In this document: positions 10,279 to 19,479 of the stretch, piece by piece
Position numbering within the stretch: position 1 is the stretch's first letter
How the letters are laid out: every line of letters starts with the position of its first letter
Assembly (NCBI GenBank): GCA_009691245.1
Contig: SHUM01000003.1
Span: 3,099-67,098 of the forward strand
Reading direction: 5' to 3'
DNA length: 64,000 nucleotides
From: Acidobacteriota bacterium
GTDB taxonomy: Bacteria > Acidobacteriota > Terriglobia > 2-12-FULL-54-10
Notes under the pieces: model-generated
What the model was told of the DNA's origin: nothing
The model's database searches: none
The model's input: the letters and a program-made list of their open reading frames with translations, nothing else
Position numbers and translations under genes: made by a program

Positions 10279-10974
10279 CTACTGTCGATCACTCTTGCGC
10301 GGCGGGCCTTCTTCTGGTGACGGGGCGGGGGCGGCGCCTGAAGTTGAGGCGGGCGGCGCTGGCCGCTTACGAGGCGGACCCTCTTCGCCGTCCTTGCCCG
10401 CTGCTGGACGCGGCCTTTCGCGTGGGTTATCCGGGCGCGGCGGCGCGGCGGGGAACTCCGTGGGCGCGGTGCGCTCGTCCACTTCCGGGAACATTCCCTT
10501 GGCCACGTCTTCGAGCAGTTCTTCGGTAACGGCGATCGATTCTTCCAGAGTGAACTGATAGTTGGCGTAGATGGGCGAAGCGTCATTGTCGAGCGATTCC
10601 AGAAATTGCCGCGACTCGGGCAAACGCGTCTTCAGCAGCTCCATCGCTTTGGGAAACGGCGCGCGGCGTTCACGGGCATCCGCCATCGTGGTCTCAATGG
10701 CTTCGAGTATCTTCGTGTACTGCTCCAGACTTTTCTGCACCGCGCGACCCGCACTGGATTTTGCCGAACCCAGCGCCGCGCGCATCGCGCCCAGCCGCAT
10801 GTCGGCGATCTCCAGATAGAGCGGGATACGCTTCTCCGGCTCCTGCGCGTCGCGCGCCGCATCCACTTCTTCGCGCGTGAGGAAATCCTCCTGCGCCGTC
10901 GCGTGGACTGCGACCGCCAGGAAAATCAGCGCCAGCAGCGCGCATCGCATTATGGAAAACTTCCGGCTCACCAA
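10279..10974 (-). CDS. Secreted alpha-helical hypothetical protein with a Pro-rich tail
   Basis: AAGGAG SD, signal peptide (ALLALIFLAVAVHATAQ), coding-like codon use, co-oriented with neighbours. Confidence 0.7.
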   Translation of the reverse strand: MVSRKFSIMRCALLALIFLAVAVHATAQEDFLTREEVDAARDAQEPEKRIPLYLEIADMRLGAMRAALGSAKSSAGRAVQKSLEQYTKILEAIETTMADARERRAPFPKAMELLKTRLPESRQFLESLDNDASPIYANYQFTLEESIAVTEELLEDVAKGMFPEVDERTAPTEFPAAPPRPDNPRERPRPAAGKDGEEGPPRKRPAPPASTSGAAPAPSPEEGPPRKSDRQ

Positions 10975-10991
10975 GGGACGCTCCTTACGGG

Positions 10992-11498
10992 TTACTTCTT
11001 GCTTGGTGGGTGCATGACGCTATACAAAACCGCTTCGCGTAATTGCAGAACCTGCTTCATGACCGCTTCAATCAGCGGACGTTCGTCAGATGAAACGTTG
11101 ATTTGAATCTGTTCCAGTTCGCGCGAATGTCGTCGCAAGCCGACTTCGATATTCCTGGCAGTGCCTGTATGCGCGGCTTCGCTGTTGGCGGCGCTGAGCC
11201 GCGCAAGGGCCGCCGTGTACGATAACAAAATAGAATTACTCTCTTCCATCATGGTGCCGGTGGCGACGAAGGTGCGAATCTTCAACAAATGGTGGTCGAG
11301 CATTTCCAGCGTGAGGCGCGCCCGCTTGCGCGAGTCCTTCTGCTGAGAGAGCGCTTGCTCCAACTCTGCGAGGCTCTTTGGTTCGGCGGATTGGCCCCCC
11401 AAGGCAATACACACCAGCAACAGGGCTGCCATTGCGCGCGCGGTTGCGCGTGAAGTATCTGGACTGAATCGGAGATGCCGCTGGACGCCCGTATTCAT
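10992..11498 (-). CDS. Secreted alpha-helical hypothetical protein
   Basis: GGGAG SD, hydrophobic leader, ends 17 nt before the next co-oriented gene. Confidence 0.65.
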   Translation of the reverse strand: MNTGVQRHLRFSPDTSRATARAMAALLLVCIALGGQSAEPKSLAELEQALSQQKDSRKRARLTLEMLDHHLLKIRTFVATGTMMEESNSILLSYTAALARLSAANSEAAHTGTARNIEVGLRRHSRELEQIQINVSSDERPLIEAVMKQVLQLREAVLYSVMHPPSKK

Positions 11499-11583
11499 GC
11501 CGATGCACTCCCGCGCTGGTGTATCTGAATGCGATTATAACTTCAAAGGCAGTTGATCCCTAACAGTCCGCGGAAAAAGCCGG

Positions 11584-11678
11584 TTGGTTGTCATTCCGAG
11601 CGGAGCGAGGAATCTGTTTTTGTCCCGCGCGGCTGAAAACAAAAGCAGGTTCCTCGCTCCGCTCGGAATGACAACCAA
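11584..11678. repeat. REP-like inverted repeat, family B
   Basis: TTGGTTGTCATTCCGAGCGGAGCGAGGAATCTG ... CAGGTTCCTCGCTCCGCTCGGAATGACAACCAA. A related copy lies at 19105. Confidence 0.85.
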
Positions 11679-11686
11679 ACAACGTA

Positions 11687-13063
11687 CTACTTGCGGCCAC
11701 CCTTGCGTTGCAACTCGCGCGTCAGGACCCGAGATCGTTCTTTCGCCTGAAACTGCTGGTCGGGATTCTTGCCGTCGGCGAGCGCAAGAAACTTTTGATA
11801 ATTATCCAGCGCGCCCTGCTGCGCCCGGAGCTGATCGAGCGACAGCGCGCGCAGAAAGTAGGTGCCCGCCGTATCCGCGCCCAGCTTGGCCACCTGATCC
11901 AGCGCGGCGACGGTGCGGGGATAGTCCTTGAGCAGATAGAGTGCGGAAGCGAGGTTCGTCCAGCCCAGCGAGGATTTGGGGTCCAGCTCCACGCCGCGCG
12001 CGAACGACTGCGCGGCCTCGGCGTAGCGCTTCACCTCGTTGCGCAAGCTGCCGAGCGCCAGATGCAGGTTCGCCTGGTTCGGCTGGGCAGCGATCATCTC
12101 GATCAGCAGAGGCTCGGCGCGGCCCTTCTGGTTCGTTGCGAGATAGGCTTCGAGCAGCAACTGATTGGCCCCTGGCGCGCGCGCAGCCTCGGTCCGCACG
12201 GCTTCCAGATGCGTGATAGCCTCGGTGGCGCGCTTTTCGGCCAGATAGAGTTCGGCCAGATGCAGACGCAACTCCTTGCGCGCGGGCTGGGCTTTCAGAA
12301 AGTCTTCGTAAAGTTGCAGCGCCTCATCGCGAACCGTTGTGGCGGGCGCGCTGCGGTCTTCGAGCAGACGGGCGAGCGTGAGACGCGCTTCCTGCTCCTC
12401 CGGCATCTCGCGCGCCACGATGCGCAACTGCGCCTCGGCCGCCGCCGGATCGCTTTGCGCGAGCAGCGCGGCCAGGTCCATGCGCGTCGTGTGGTTCTCC
12501 GGACGCAGCTTCAGCGCCGCTTCATACGCCGTGCGCGCTTCCGGCACGCGGCCCAGATTTCCCAGCGCATGGCCCAGTTCGGTCAGCGCGGTCCAGTGGT
12601 CCGGCTGCGCGGCAACCACGCGGCGCAGATGCTCGATGGCTTCTTCGTTTTTTCCATCCTGGCGCAACAGCATGCCCAGATTCATGCGGGCGGAAAGCAA
12701 GTCCGGCTGCGCGGCCAGGACTTTGCGATATTGTTCGATGGCCTCCACGGCGCGATTGGTCATGCTGTAGGAGTAAGCGAGATTGAAGCGCGCGGGAACA
12801 TCCGAGGGCGACTGCGCAAGATACGCTTCAAGCAACGCTACGGCCGATTGGTAATCATCTTTATCGAGCGCCGCGCCGGCCTGTTGCAGCAGAGCTTCCG
12901 GGGATGCCGTCGCCGGTGGCGCGGTTTCACTGAATGCGGGCGATGCCGTGCGCGGCGCGGGATACTGCGCCCGCAGGACACTCGGCGCAACGACCAGCAA
13001 AAGCCAGGAGCCGAGGATGACTTTAGATACTCGTGCGAACTTTAGCATTGTGGTATGCACCAA
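11687..13063 (-). CDS. Secreted tetratricopeptide repeat protein
   Basis: Signal peptide and many 34-aa TPR units (ARFNLAYSY, ARMNLGMLL, LHLALGSL, GWTNLASAL). Confidence 0.88.
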   Translation of the reverse strand: MVHTTMLKFARVSKVILGSWLLLVVAPSVLRAQYPAPRTASPAFSETAPPATASPEALLQQAGAALDKDDYQSAVALLEAYLAQSPSDVPARFNLAYSYSMTNRAVEAIEQYRKVLAAQPDLLSARMNLGMLLRQDGKNEEAIEHLRRVVAAQPDHWTALTELGHALGNLGRVPEARTAYEAALKLRPENHTTRMDLAALLAQSDPAAAEAQLRIVAREMPEEQEARLTLARLLEDRSAPATTVRDEALQLYEDFLKAQPARKELRLHLAELYLAEKRATEAITHLEAVRTEAARAPGANQLLLEAYLATNQKGRAEPLLIEMIAAQPNQANLHLALGSLRNEVKRYAEAAQSFARGVELDPKSSLGWTNLASALYLLKDYPRTVAALDQVAKLGADTAGTYFLRALSLDQLRAQQGALDNYQKFLALADGKNPDQQFQAKERSRVLTRELQRKGGRK

Positions 13064-13167
13064 GGCTTGAAATATCCGCCTGTTGCCACCTCCATGCTAC
13101 TTCAAATGAATGGGCAAGGATCAACTGACAACGGAACTTTTCTCTAACCTTTTTTTTGACGGACACT

Positions 13168-13260
13168 GTATCAGAGCCCCGACCGCCAGGGAGGGGGCAC
13201 GTTCGCCGATTAGCAGTGACCGTTGTGCGTGCCCCCTTCCTGGCGGTCGGGCCATGATAC
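13168..13260. repeat. REP-like inverted repeat, family A variant
   Basis: GTATCAGAGCCCCGACCGCCAGGGAGGGGGCACG ... CGTGCCCCCTTCCTGGCGGTCGGGCCATGATAC. The left arm is identical to the copy at 48643. Confidence 0.85.
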
Positions 13261-13272
13261 ACCCCTGACAGC

Positions 13273-16200
13273 TTAATCATCGGAGGCGGACTCGCCCCAT
13301 TGCTGATGGCGGTCCAGTATCTGGCGCAGGAAGAGCCCGGTGTGAGACGCGGGACATTCGGCGACCTGCTCGGGCGTGCCGGCGCAGACCACCTCTCCGC
13401 CGCGGTCGCCGCCCTCGGGGCCGAGGTCGATCACCCAGTCGGCGGTCTTGATGACGTCCAGGTTATGCTCGATGACCACGATGCTGCCGCCTTGATCTAT
13501 CAGCTTGCGGAAGGCGGCCAGGAGCTTCGCGATGTCGTCGAAGTGCAGGCCCGTGGTGGGCTCGTCGAATAAAAACAGAGTGCCTTCCGATTCTTTAGCG
13601 GCCAGATGAGAAGCCAGCTTGATGCGCTGCGCTTCGCCGCCCGAGAGCGTCGTCGCCGACTGGCCGAGGCGCAGATAACCGAGGCCTACCTCATCGAGAA
13701 TGCGCAGGCGGTTGGCGACCGTGATGGCCATGCTGAAAAAACTCAGCGCCTCCTTCACGGTGAGGCGCAGGATTTCATGAATGTTCCTGCCGCGGTAATT
13801 GATCTCCAGCACGCCGGGCTTGAAGCGCGTGCCGCTGCAATCCTCGCAGACCAGCTCGACGTCGGCCAGGAACTGCATCTCAACCGTAACGATGCCGCTG
13901 CCCTGACAGGTCTCGCAGCGCCCACCGGGGATGTTGAATGAGAAGTGGCCCGGCAGGTAGCCGCGCTTGCGCGACTCAGGCTGGTCGGCGAACAGCGAGC
14001 GGATGGGATCGAAGGCTTTCATGTACGTAACGGGATTCGAGCGCGGCGTGCGGCCGATGGGCGATTGATCGACCATCACTACTTTCTGAATGGACTCGGC
14101 GCCGTCCACGCGGCGGCAGGCAAGCTTGCGACCCATGGCTACTTCTTCGCTGTCGTCGCCGGCCGGTGCGTCGAATAGCGGCCCGCCGCCTTCCTTCTTC
14201 TCCGCCTTGCCGGAGTCGTCCGCGCCGCGATCGCGCAACGCGTCGAACAGCACATCGTAGATGAGCGACGACTTGCCCGAGCCGGAGACGCCGGTTACCG
14301 CCACTAGCAGTCCCAGTGGGATTGCAACATCCACTTCCTTCAGATTGTGACTGAACGCTCCGTGAATTTTGATCTGTTTTTTGGGTGAAGGCTTGCGACG
14401 TTTTGAAGGCAGGCTGATGCGCAGGTCGCCGCGCAGATAGCGGCCCGTGAGCGTCGAATTGCTGGCCAGCAGTTCGTGGTAGCGTCCCGCGAACTGCACA
14501 CGTCCGCCGTTCTCGCCCGCGGCGGGGCCGAGGTCCAGGATGCGGTCGGCGGCCTCCATCATGGTCGGGTCATGTTCGACGACGACGATGGTGTTGCCTT
14601 GATCGCGCAGCGCCTCCAAAATGCGAATCAGCCGCGCGGTGTCCCGGCTGTGCAGGCCCACCGACGGCTCGTCCAATACATAAAGCGTACCGACCAGATG
14701 CGAGCCGAGCGAAGCGGCCAGTTGAATGCGCTGGGCCTCGCCGCCGGAGAGCGTGGAGGTCAGCCGGTCCAGAGTCAAATACTCGAGGCCCACGTTCTCC
14801 AGATATTCCACGCGCTGGCGAATCTCGGTGAGAATCTTGCCCGCGATGGCCTCCTGCACGCCGCCGAGCAGCAGCTCGTCGAAGAAGCGGCGCAGGCGCT
14901 GGATGCTCATGCGGCAGACGCCGCGGATGTCCTCGCCGCCCACCTTTACGGCAAACGCTTCGCGGCGCAGGCGTCCGCCCTGGCACTCCGGACACAGCGC
15001 GTAGCCACGGAAGCGGCTCAGGAAGACGCGCACGTGCAGCTTGTATTTCTTGGTTTCCAGATACGCGAAGAAGCCGTTGATACCCACCAGCGCGCGGCGT
15101 CCGCGCTTGCCCTCGACGCGGCCATCCCACACGAACTCTTTTTCTTCGGCGGTGAGTTTGTAGTAGGGAACATCCATGCGCACGCCGCGCTCGCGCGCTT
15201 CTTTGCGGAACTCGGTGAAGAAGACCCGGTAGCGCGGCTTGGTCCAGGGCTCGATGGCGCCGTCTTCCAGCGAGCGCGTCTTGTCGGGGATGACCAGTTC
15301 CTCATCAAAGTCGATGGTGTTGCCGAAGCCCTGGCAGCGCGGGCATGCGCCGTAGGGACTATTGAAGGAGAACAGGCGCGGCTCGGGCACTTCGTAGGAA
15401 AGTTTGCAGGGCTTGCACTCGAAGAGTTCGTTGAAGGTGAGCCGCGCAGGCAGCGCGGCCAACGAAGGATGCCCGGCGGCGTCAGTAAATTCGACGATGG
15501 CCTCGCCGCCTTCGCGGTAACACAGCTCCAGACTATCCACCAGGCGCTGCCGCGATTGCGCGTCAATCACCATACGGTCGGCCAGCATCCACACGGGCCG
15601 GCGAAAATCGACATCCAGCAGAGCTTCGGGCGTGGAAAATTCGAAGAGGTTGCCATCCTGATAGAGCCGCGTGTAACCCAGTTTGCGCAGATCGAACAGG
15701 CGGGCCTTCACTTGATCCGAGAGCGAAAGCGGCGTTGCGGTGAGGACCGTATCGATGCTTGCGGCTGCTGCTTTCTTGCGGCTGGCGGCGGTCTTCTTCG
15801 CGGCCTTCACCGCTGCTGGCGATTTTTCGGAAGCGGCTGCGGGTGGTGCTCCGCCAGCGTCTGCGCGGACCAGAGGAAACAAAATGTATGCGCGCAGGCC
15901 GCTTTCGGGGCCGCCGCTGGAGCTGGCGTCGTGGGCGAGCCGCAGCAAGCGCGCGGCGACTTCGTCCACCGTGTCCTTCTTCACTTCGGCGCCGCACTGC
16001 GCGCAATACGTCTGCCCGACGCGCGCGTAGAGCAGGCGCAGATAATCGTAAATTTCGGTGGAGGTGCCCACGGTGGAGCGCGGATTGCGCGTGGTGTTCT
16101 TCTGGCGGATGGCGATGGAGGGCGCGATGCCGTCAATCTCGTCGGCGTCTGGCTTCTCCATGCGCTCCAGGAACTGCCGCGCATAGGCTGACATCGACTC

Positions 16201-16410
16201 GACATACCGGCGCTGCCCCTCGGCATAGAGCGTGTCAAACGCCAGCGACGACTTGCCCGAGCCGCTCACGCCGGTGATGACCGTCAGATGATTGAGCGGA
16301 ATATCAACGTCAATATTCTTGAGGTTGTGGACGCGGCAGCCGCGCACACGGATGCTCTCCACCTCAGTGGATCGAGGCGCGGGAACAGCGCGATGTATGG
16401 CGGTGGCCAT
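13273..16410 (-). CDS. uvrA: Excinuclease ABC subunit A
   Basis: Two Walker A motifs GVSGSGKSSL, two LSGGEAQRI signatures, Zn fingers (FSFNSPYGACPRC, FSFNIPGGRCETC) and DLGPEGG. Confidence 0.96.
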   Translation of the reverse strand: MATAIHRAVPAPRSTEVESIRVRGCRVHNLKNIDVDIPLNHLTVITGVSGSGKSSLAFDTLYAEGQRRYVESMSAYARQFLERMEKPDADEIDGIAPSIAIRQKNTTRNPRSTVGTSTEIYDYLRLLYARVGQTYCAQCGAEVKKDTVDEVAARLLRLAHDASSSGGPESGLRAYILFPLVRADAGGAPPAAASEKSPAAVKAAKKTAASRKKAAAASIDTVLTATPLSLSDQVKARLFDLRKLGYTRLYQDGNLFEFSTPEALLDVDFRRPVWMLADRMVIDAQSRQRLVDSLELCYREGGEAIVEFTDAAGHPSLAALPARLTFNELFECKPCKLSYEVPEPRLFSFNSPYGACPRCQGFGNTIDFDEELVIPDKTRSLEDGAIEPWTKPRYRVFFTEFRKEARERGVRMDVPYYKLTAEEKEFVWDGRVEGKRGRRALVGINGFFAYLETKKYKLHVRVFLSRFRGYALCPECQGGRLRREAFAVKVGGEDIRGVCRMSIQRLRRFFDELLLGGVQEAIAGKILTEIRQRVEYLENVGLEYLTLDRLTSTLSGGEAQRIQLAASLGSHLVGTLYVLDEPSVGLHSRDTARLIRILEALRDQGNTIVVVEHDPTMMEAADRILDLGPAAGENGGRVQFAGRYHELLASNSTLTGRYLRGDLRISLPSKRRKPSPKKQIKIHGAFSHNLKEVDVAIPLGLLVAVTGVSGSGKSSLIYDVLFDALRDRGADDSGKAEKKEGGGPLFDAPAGDDSEEVAMGRKLACRRVDGAESIQKVVMVDQSPIGRTPRSNPVTYMKAFDPIRSLFADQPESRKRGYLPGHFSFNIPGGRCETCQGSGIVTVEMQFLADVELVCEDCSGTRFKPGVLEINYRGRNIHEILRLTVKEALSFFSMAITVANRLRILDEVGLGYLRLGQSATTLSGGEAQRIKLASHLAAKESEGTLFLFDEPTTGLHFDDIAKLLAAFRKLIDQGGSIVVIEHNLDVIKTADWVIDLGPEGGDRGGEVVCAGTPEQVAECPASHTGLFLRQILDRHQQWGESASDD

Positions 16411-16516
16411 AGATAAGTCTGATACAGACTGCCGAACCCTGTATTATACCGCCTATTGCCGCCGCGTTCCACTCTACCGACGTGGGGCTCGATGGCAGGG
16501 AGCGGCTGGTTGCCGA

Positions 16517-17197
16517 TTAGTTGATGGAGATGTAGCGCTCCAGCCGCGCGACTTCTTTTTCATTCACGTACTTGCCCATTTCCTTGCGAAATTGCTCGAT
16601 AGTTTTGTACGGGCGATACTCCTTGAACTCGCGCAACATGCGCGCGCCGAGGCCAGGGATGGTGCTCAGGTCGGCGGCAGCGGCGATGTTCAGGTTCAGG
16701 TGGATGAAGACGTAGCGCTCCAGCCGCGCGACTTCCGCCGCGCTGGCGTACTTGCCCATCTCCTTGCGGAACTGGTCCAGCGTCTTGTAGGGGCGGTATT
16801 CCTTGAACTCGCGCATCATGCGCGCTCCCATGTTTGTGATCAACTGCATCTCCGCGGCGCTGGCGGAGTTGAGATTGATGTGGACAAACAATTTGGCGTA
16901 CAGCTCGGCGAGCTGCTCTTTGCTGAGCGACTTGCTCAACAGCGCATTCAGCTCCGTTACGCTGAGAAACGGGCGGGCGGCCAGCACCGTCTTGGCGAGC
17001 GCGGCATTCATGTGCGGCAGCGCAGCCAACTGCGGCTCGGTGGCGGTGTTGGCTTCCAGCAATCCAGTTTGATTGCCGAGTTGCGACTGCCCGCGAACGG
17101 CCATGCCGACGACGAGGCCAGCGACCAGGCCGGCGATCGCCAGCAGCATCGCGGCGCGTCTCGTTACAGGGAATTTTGTATAGGCTGAATAAGTCAT
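16517..17197 (-). CDS. Exported helix-hairpin-helix (ComEA-like) repeat protein
   Basis: GAGGGG SD before MTYSAY, signal-like leader, three HhH-like modules (LEANTA, INLNSAS, LNLNIAA...IPGLG). The last two are a 180-bp tandem duplication. Confidence 0.8.
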   Translation of the reverse strand: MTYSAYTKFPVTRRAAMLLAIAGLVAGLVVGMAVRGQSQLGNQTGLLEANTATEPQLAALPHMNAALAKTVLAARPFLSVTELNALLSKSLSKEQLAELYAKLFVHINLNSASAAEMQLITNMGARMMREFKEYRPYKTLDQFRKEMGKYASAAEVARLERYVFIHLNLNIAAAADLSTIPGLGARMLREFKEYRPYKTIEQFRKEMGKYVNEKEVARLERYISIN

Positions 17198-17233
17198 ATA
17201 ACCCCCTCGATTTAATTGCAAAATTGCCAACAA

Positions 17234-17683
17234 CTATTTTTCGGGCGGCTTGCGCAGCGCCGGATGGCCATACGCCCAGGCTATGCCCAACAGGCCCATC
17301 TGAATCATAACCCCGGGGGCCAGCGCTGGCGGAGCCTGACTCTTCATCGCCCCCCAGAACAGCGCCGCGCCCTGAAGTGATGGGTTTACTTCCATCTGAA
17401 ATTCCGCTTTGGCGCGATAGTGCAGCAAGGTGCCGATGAATCCGCTCAGTATGAACAGCGCCATCAGCTCCTGAATCGTGCGGACCGGCGCGGCGCGTGG
17501 ATAAAGCGCGACCCAGCAGAAAGCCAGCGACGCAGCAGCCATCAACACCAGCGGCACCCACTGCCAGAGGTCTTCGGTGTGCCCGGACAGCAGTAATTCC
17601 GCGCCGATGCCGACCATCTCGGTGACCAGTATGAGCAAGAGGACGGGACGGAGATTGGTTGCATCGGCTGGTCTTGGCGTCAT
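17234..17683 (-). CDS. Hypothetical membrane protein with about four TM helices
   Basis: Hydrophobic segments with polar motifs ELLLSGHTED, LHYRAKAEFQME and PALAPG. Start moved to MTPRPA because the longer ORF runs through a REP element. Confidence 0.7.
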   Translation of the reverse strand: MTPRPADATNLRPVLLLILVTEMVGIGAELLLSGHTEDLWQWVPLVLMAAASLAFCWVALYPRAAPVRTIQELMALFILSGFIGTLLHYRAKAEFQMEVNPSLQGAALFWGAMKSQAPPALAPGVMIQMGLLGIAWAYGHPALRKPPEK

Positions 17684-17739
17684 GTCCCATTCTCGCTTGG
17701 CGCGGCTACCGCCCGCAACCCGACGTGGCGCGGGCGTTG

Positions 17740-17854
17740 CGCAACAGAGCCGCGACCGAGAGGGAGCGGTAGTTGGATGGCATATCAGCATTCATGGAAC
17801 CGCTCCCTCTCGGTCGCGGCTCTGTTGCGGTCTTTCGCTGCGCTCAAGATGACA
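17740..17854. repeat. Family A REP with perfect 31-bp arms, plus a half copy of a family-B-like element
   Basis: 17740-17770 is the exact reverse complement of 17799-17829, followed by TTCGCTGCGCTCAAGATGACA. Confidence 0.88.
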
Positions 17855-17965
17855 GCCTTGTATGACGGGCGTAACGAGTTGGCCCACTCGCTTGAAGTCG
17901 CCCAACGGAACCTGTATTCTCTTTCCTACCCCGGCACATTGGGACTTATTACAGGAGGATCATTT

Positions 17966-19081
17966 ATGCCTAGCACCAACAGCGCCGCGCGTTTGCGGAT
18001 GCTCTATTGCACTTTGATATTTTCCGTCGCCATCGCCATTACCGGCTACACGCAGAAGGGCGGCGAGTATGAGACCGGCCCCTATGACGTGGACACGGCC
18101 TGGCCGCAGAACGTTTGCGGCGACGGCTTTCAGATCGGCTCGGTGGGCGGCGTGTGGGCGCAGAGCCAGGACCGCGTGTTCGTCTACGCGCGCGGCTGCT
18201 TGGTGACGGCCAAGCCCACCGGCACCATCCTGCCGGAGCGCAACGCCTCGGGCTACTCGCTCTCCTCCGAGGATCCCAAGATGTTCCCGCGCTGGGACCA
18301 CGTGCTGATGGTGTTTGACCGCAACGGCAAGATGGTCGAGAGCTGGGAGCAGCACAACAAGCTCTTCGTCCGCCCGCACCGCGTGGTGATGAATCCCTAC
18401 GACGCCGAGCGCAACGTGTGGCTGATCGATGACGGCGCGCACTCCATCTATAAGTTCACCAACGACGGCAAGAAGTTGTTAATGACACTGGGTGAGTTCC
18501 GCGTTCCAGGCAGTGACAAGACGCACTTTGGCCGCCCCACCGACATCGCCTGGCTGCCCAACGGCGACTTCTTCGTCAGCGACGGCTACGTCAACACCCG
18601 CGTCGTGAAGTTCAATAAGGACGGGCAGTATCTGCTCGAATGGGGCAAGCCCGGCAAGGGGCCGAGTGAGTTCAACACCGTGCATGGCATCGCGGTGGAT
18701 AACAACGAGCGCGTGTACGTCGGCGACCGCGCCAACTCACGCGTGCAGATATTCGACAAGAACGGCAAGTATCTGGAAGAGTGGAACAACCTGCGCTTCC
18801 CTTATTACATTTACATGTCCAAGGACCAGCACCTGTGGGTGGGCGACGGCTACACCAACAAGATTCTCAAGTACGACCTGAACGGCAAGATGCTGTTCCA
18901 CTGGGGCACCTTCGGCAGTTGGCCCGGCGGCATCTGGGGCCCGCACCAGTTCAGCGTGGACGAAGCTAACAACTTCTACATCGCCGACGTCCACATTGGC
19001 CGCATCCAGAAGTTCAAGCCCAAGCCCGGCGCCAAACTGGAAGAGCTGGTAGGCCAGCGCTTCGAAGTGCCGGCGAAGTAG
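17966..19081 (+). CDS. Secreted NHL-repeat beta-propeller (peptidyl-alpha-hydroxyglycine lyase-like)
   Basis: AGGAGG SD, signal peptide, NHL motifs HFGRPTDIAW..GDFFVSDGYVNTRVVKF and FNTVHGIAVD...VYVGDRANSRVQIFD. Confidence 0.85.
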   Translation: MPSTNSAARLRMLYCTLIFSVAIAITGYTQKGGEYETGPYDVDTAWPQNVCGDGFQIGSVGGVWAQSQDRVFVYARGCLVTAKPTGTILPERNASGYSLSSEDPKMFPRWDHVLMVFDRNGKMVESWEQHNKLFVRPHRVVMNPYDAERNVWLIDDGAHSIYKFTNDGKKLLMTLGEFRVPGSDKTHFGRPTDIAWLPNGDFFVSDGYVNTRVVKFNKDGQYLLEWGKPGKGPSEFNTVHGIAVDNNERVYVGDRANSRVQIFDKNGKYLEEWNNLRFPYYIYMSKDQHLWVGDGYTNKILKYDLNGKMLFHWGTFGSWPGGIWGPHQFSVDEANNFYIADVHIGRIQKFKPKPGAKLEELVGQRFEVPAK

Positions 19082-19104
19082 CTGAAGGGGTTGCCTTACT
19101 AAGT

Positions 19105-19222
19105 TGTCATTCCGAGGAGCGTCGCGACGAGGAATCTGCTGTTCATCAGAGCCGCGCGCGCAAGCAAGCGGACCCGCCCGGTCAACGCGGAAAGCAGATT
19201 CATCACTGCGCTCGGAATGACA
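19105..19222. repeat. REP-like inverted repeat, family B
   Basis: TGTCATTCCGAG...CGAGGAATCTGCT ... AGCAGATTCATCACTGCGCTCGGAATGACA. Confidence 0.8.
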
Positions 19223-19278
19223 GTACAACAGGTACAGTCCTCCAAGTGAAAAACGTCACCACGGGCGGTAACATTTAG

Positions 19279-19473
19279 ATAGGCAAGCTTCGGCAGGGCG
19301 GCTACGCGTTCAAGACGGGGACAGGCTACCACTCGCCACGCCACGTGCCTGTGTTCCGCGACGAAAGGCTCATCCTGAAGTGGGATCTGGAAAATGGCAA
19401 GCCGTTGAATGGCAGAGCCTCACGAAAACTGCGCAAGATCATTGCATCGCTGATCGTGGAGGGGCAGCTGTAA
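19279..19473 (+). pseudogene. Degenerate small DUF4160/HicA-like toxin gene lacking a canonical start codon
   Basis: Not in the ORF track. Frame (I)GKLRQGGYAFKTGTGYHSPRHVPVFRDERLILKWDLENGKP...EGQL* begins at ATA right after a TAG and ends 6 nt before the HTH gene. HSPRHVPV resembles the H.P.HVH motif. Confidence 0.5.
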
Positions 19474-19479
19474 CTGGAC

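Noticed and set aside
11708..16191. Long antisense ORFs (445 aa, 571 aa), and similar ones opposite gltBD, glmM and the TonB receptors
   Set aside because: Expected shadows of GC3-rich genes, with no independent motifs.
16411..16516. LexA box upstream of uvrA (also checked before uvrB)
   Set aside because: No convincing GTTC-N7-GTTC, CTGT-N8-ACAG or GAAC-N4-GTTC motif was found.
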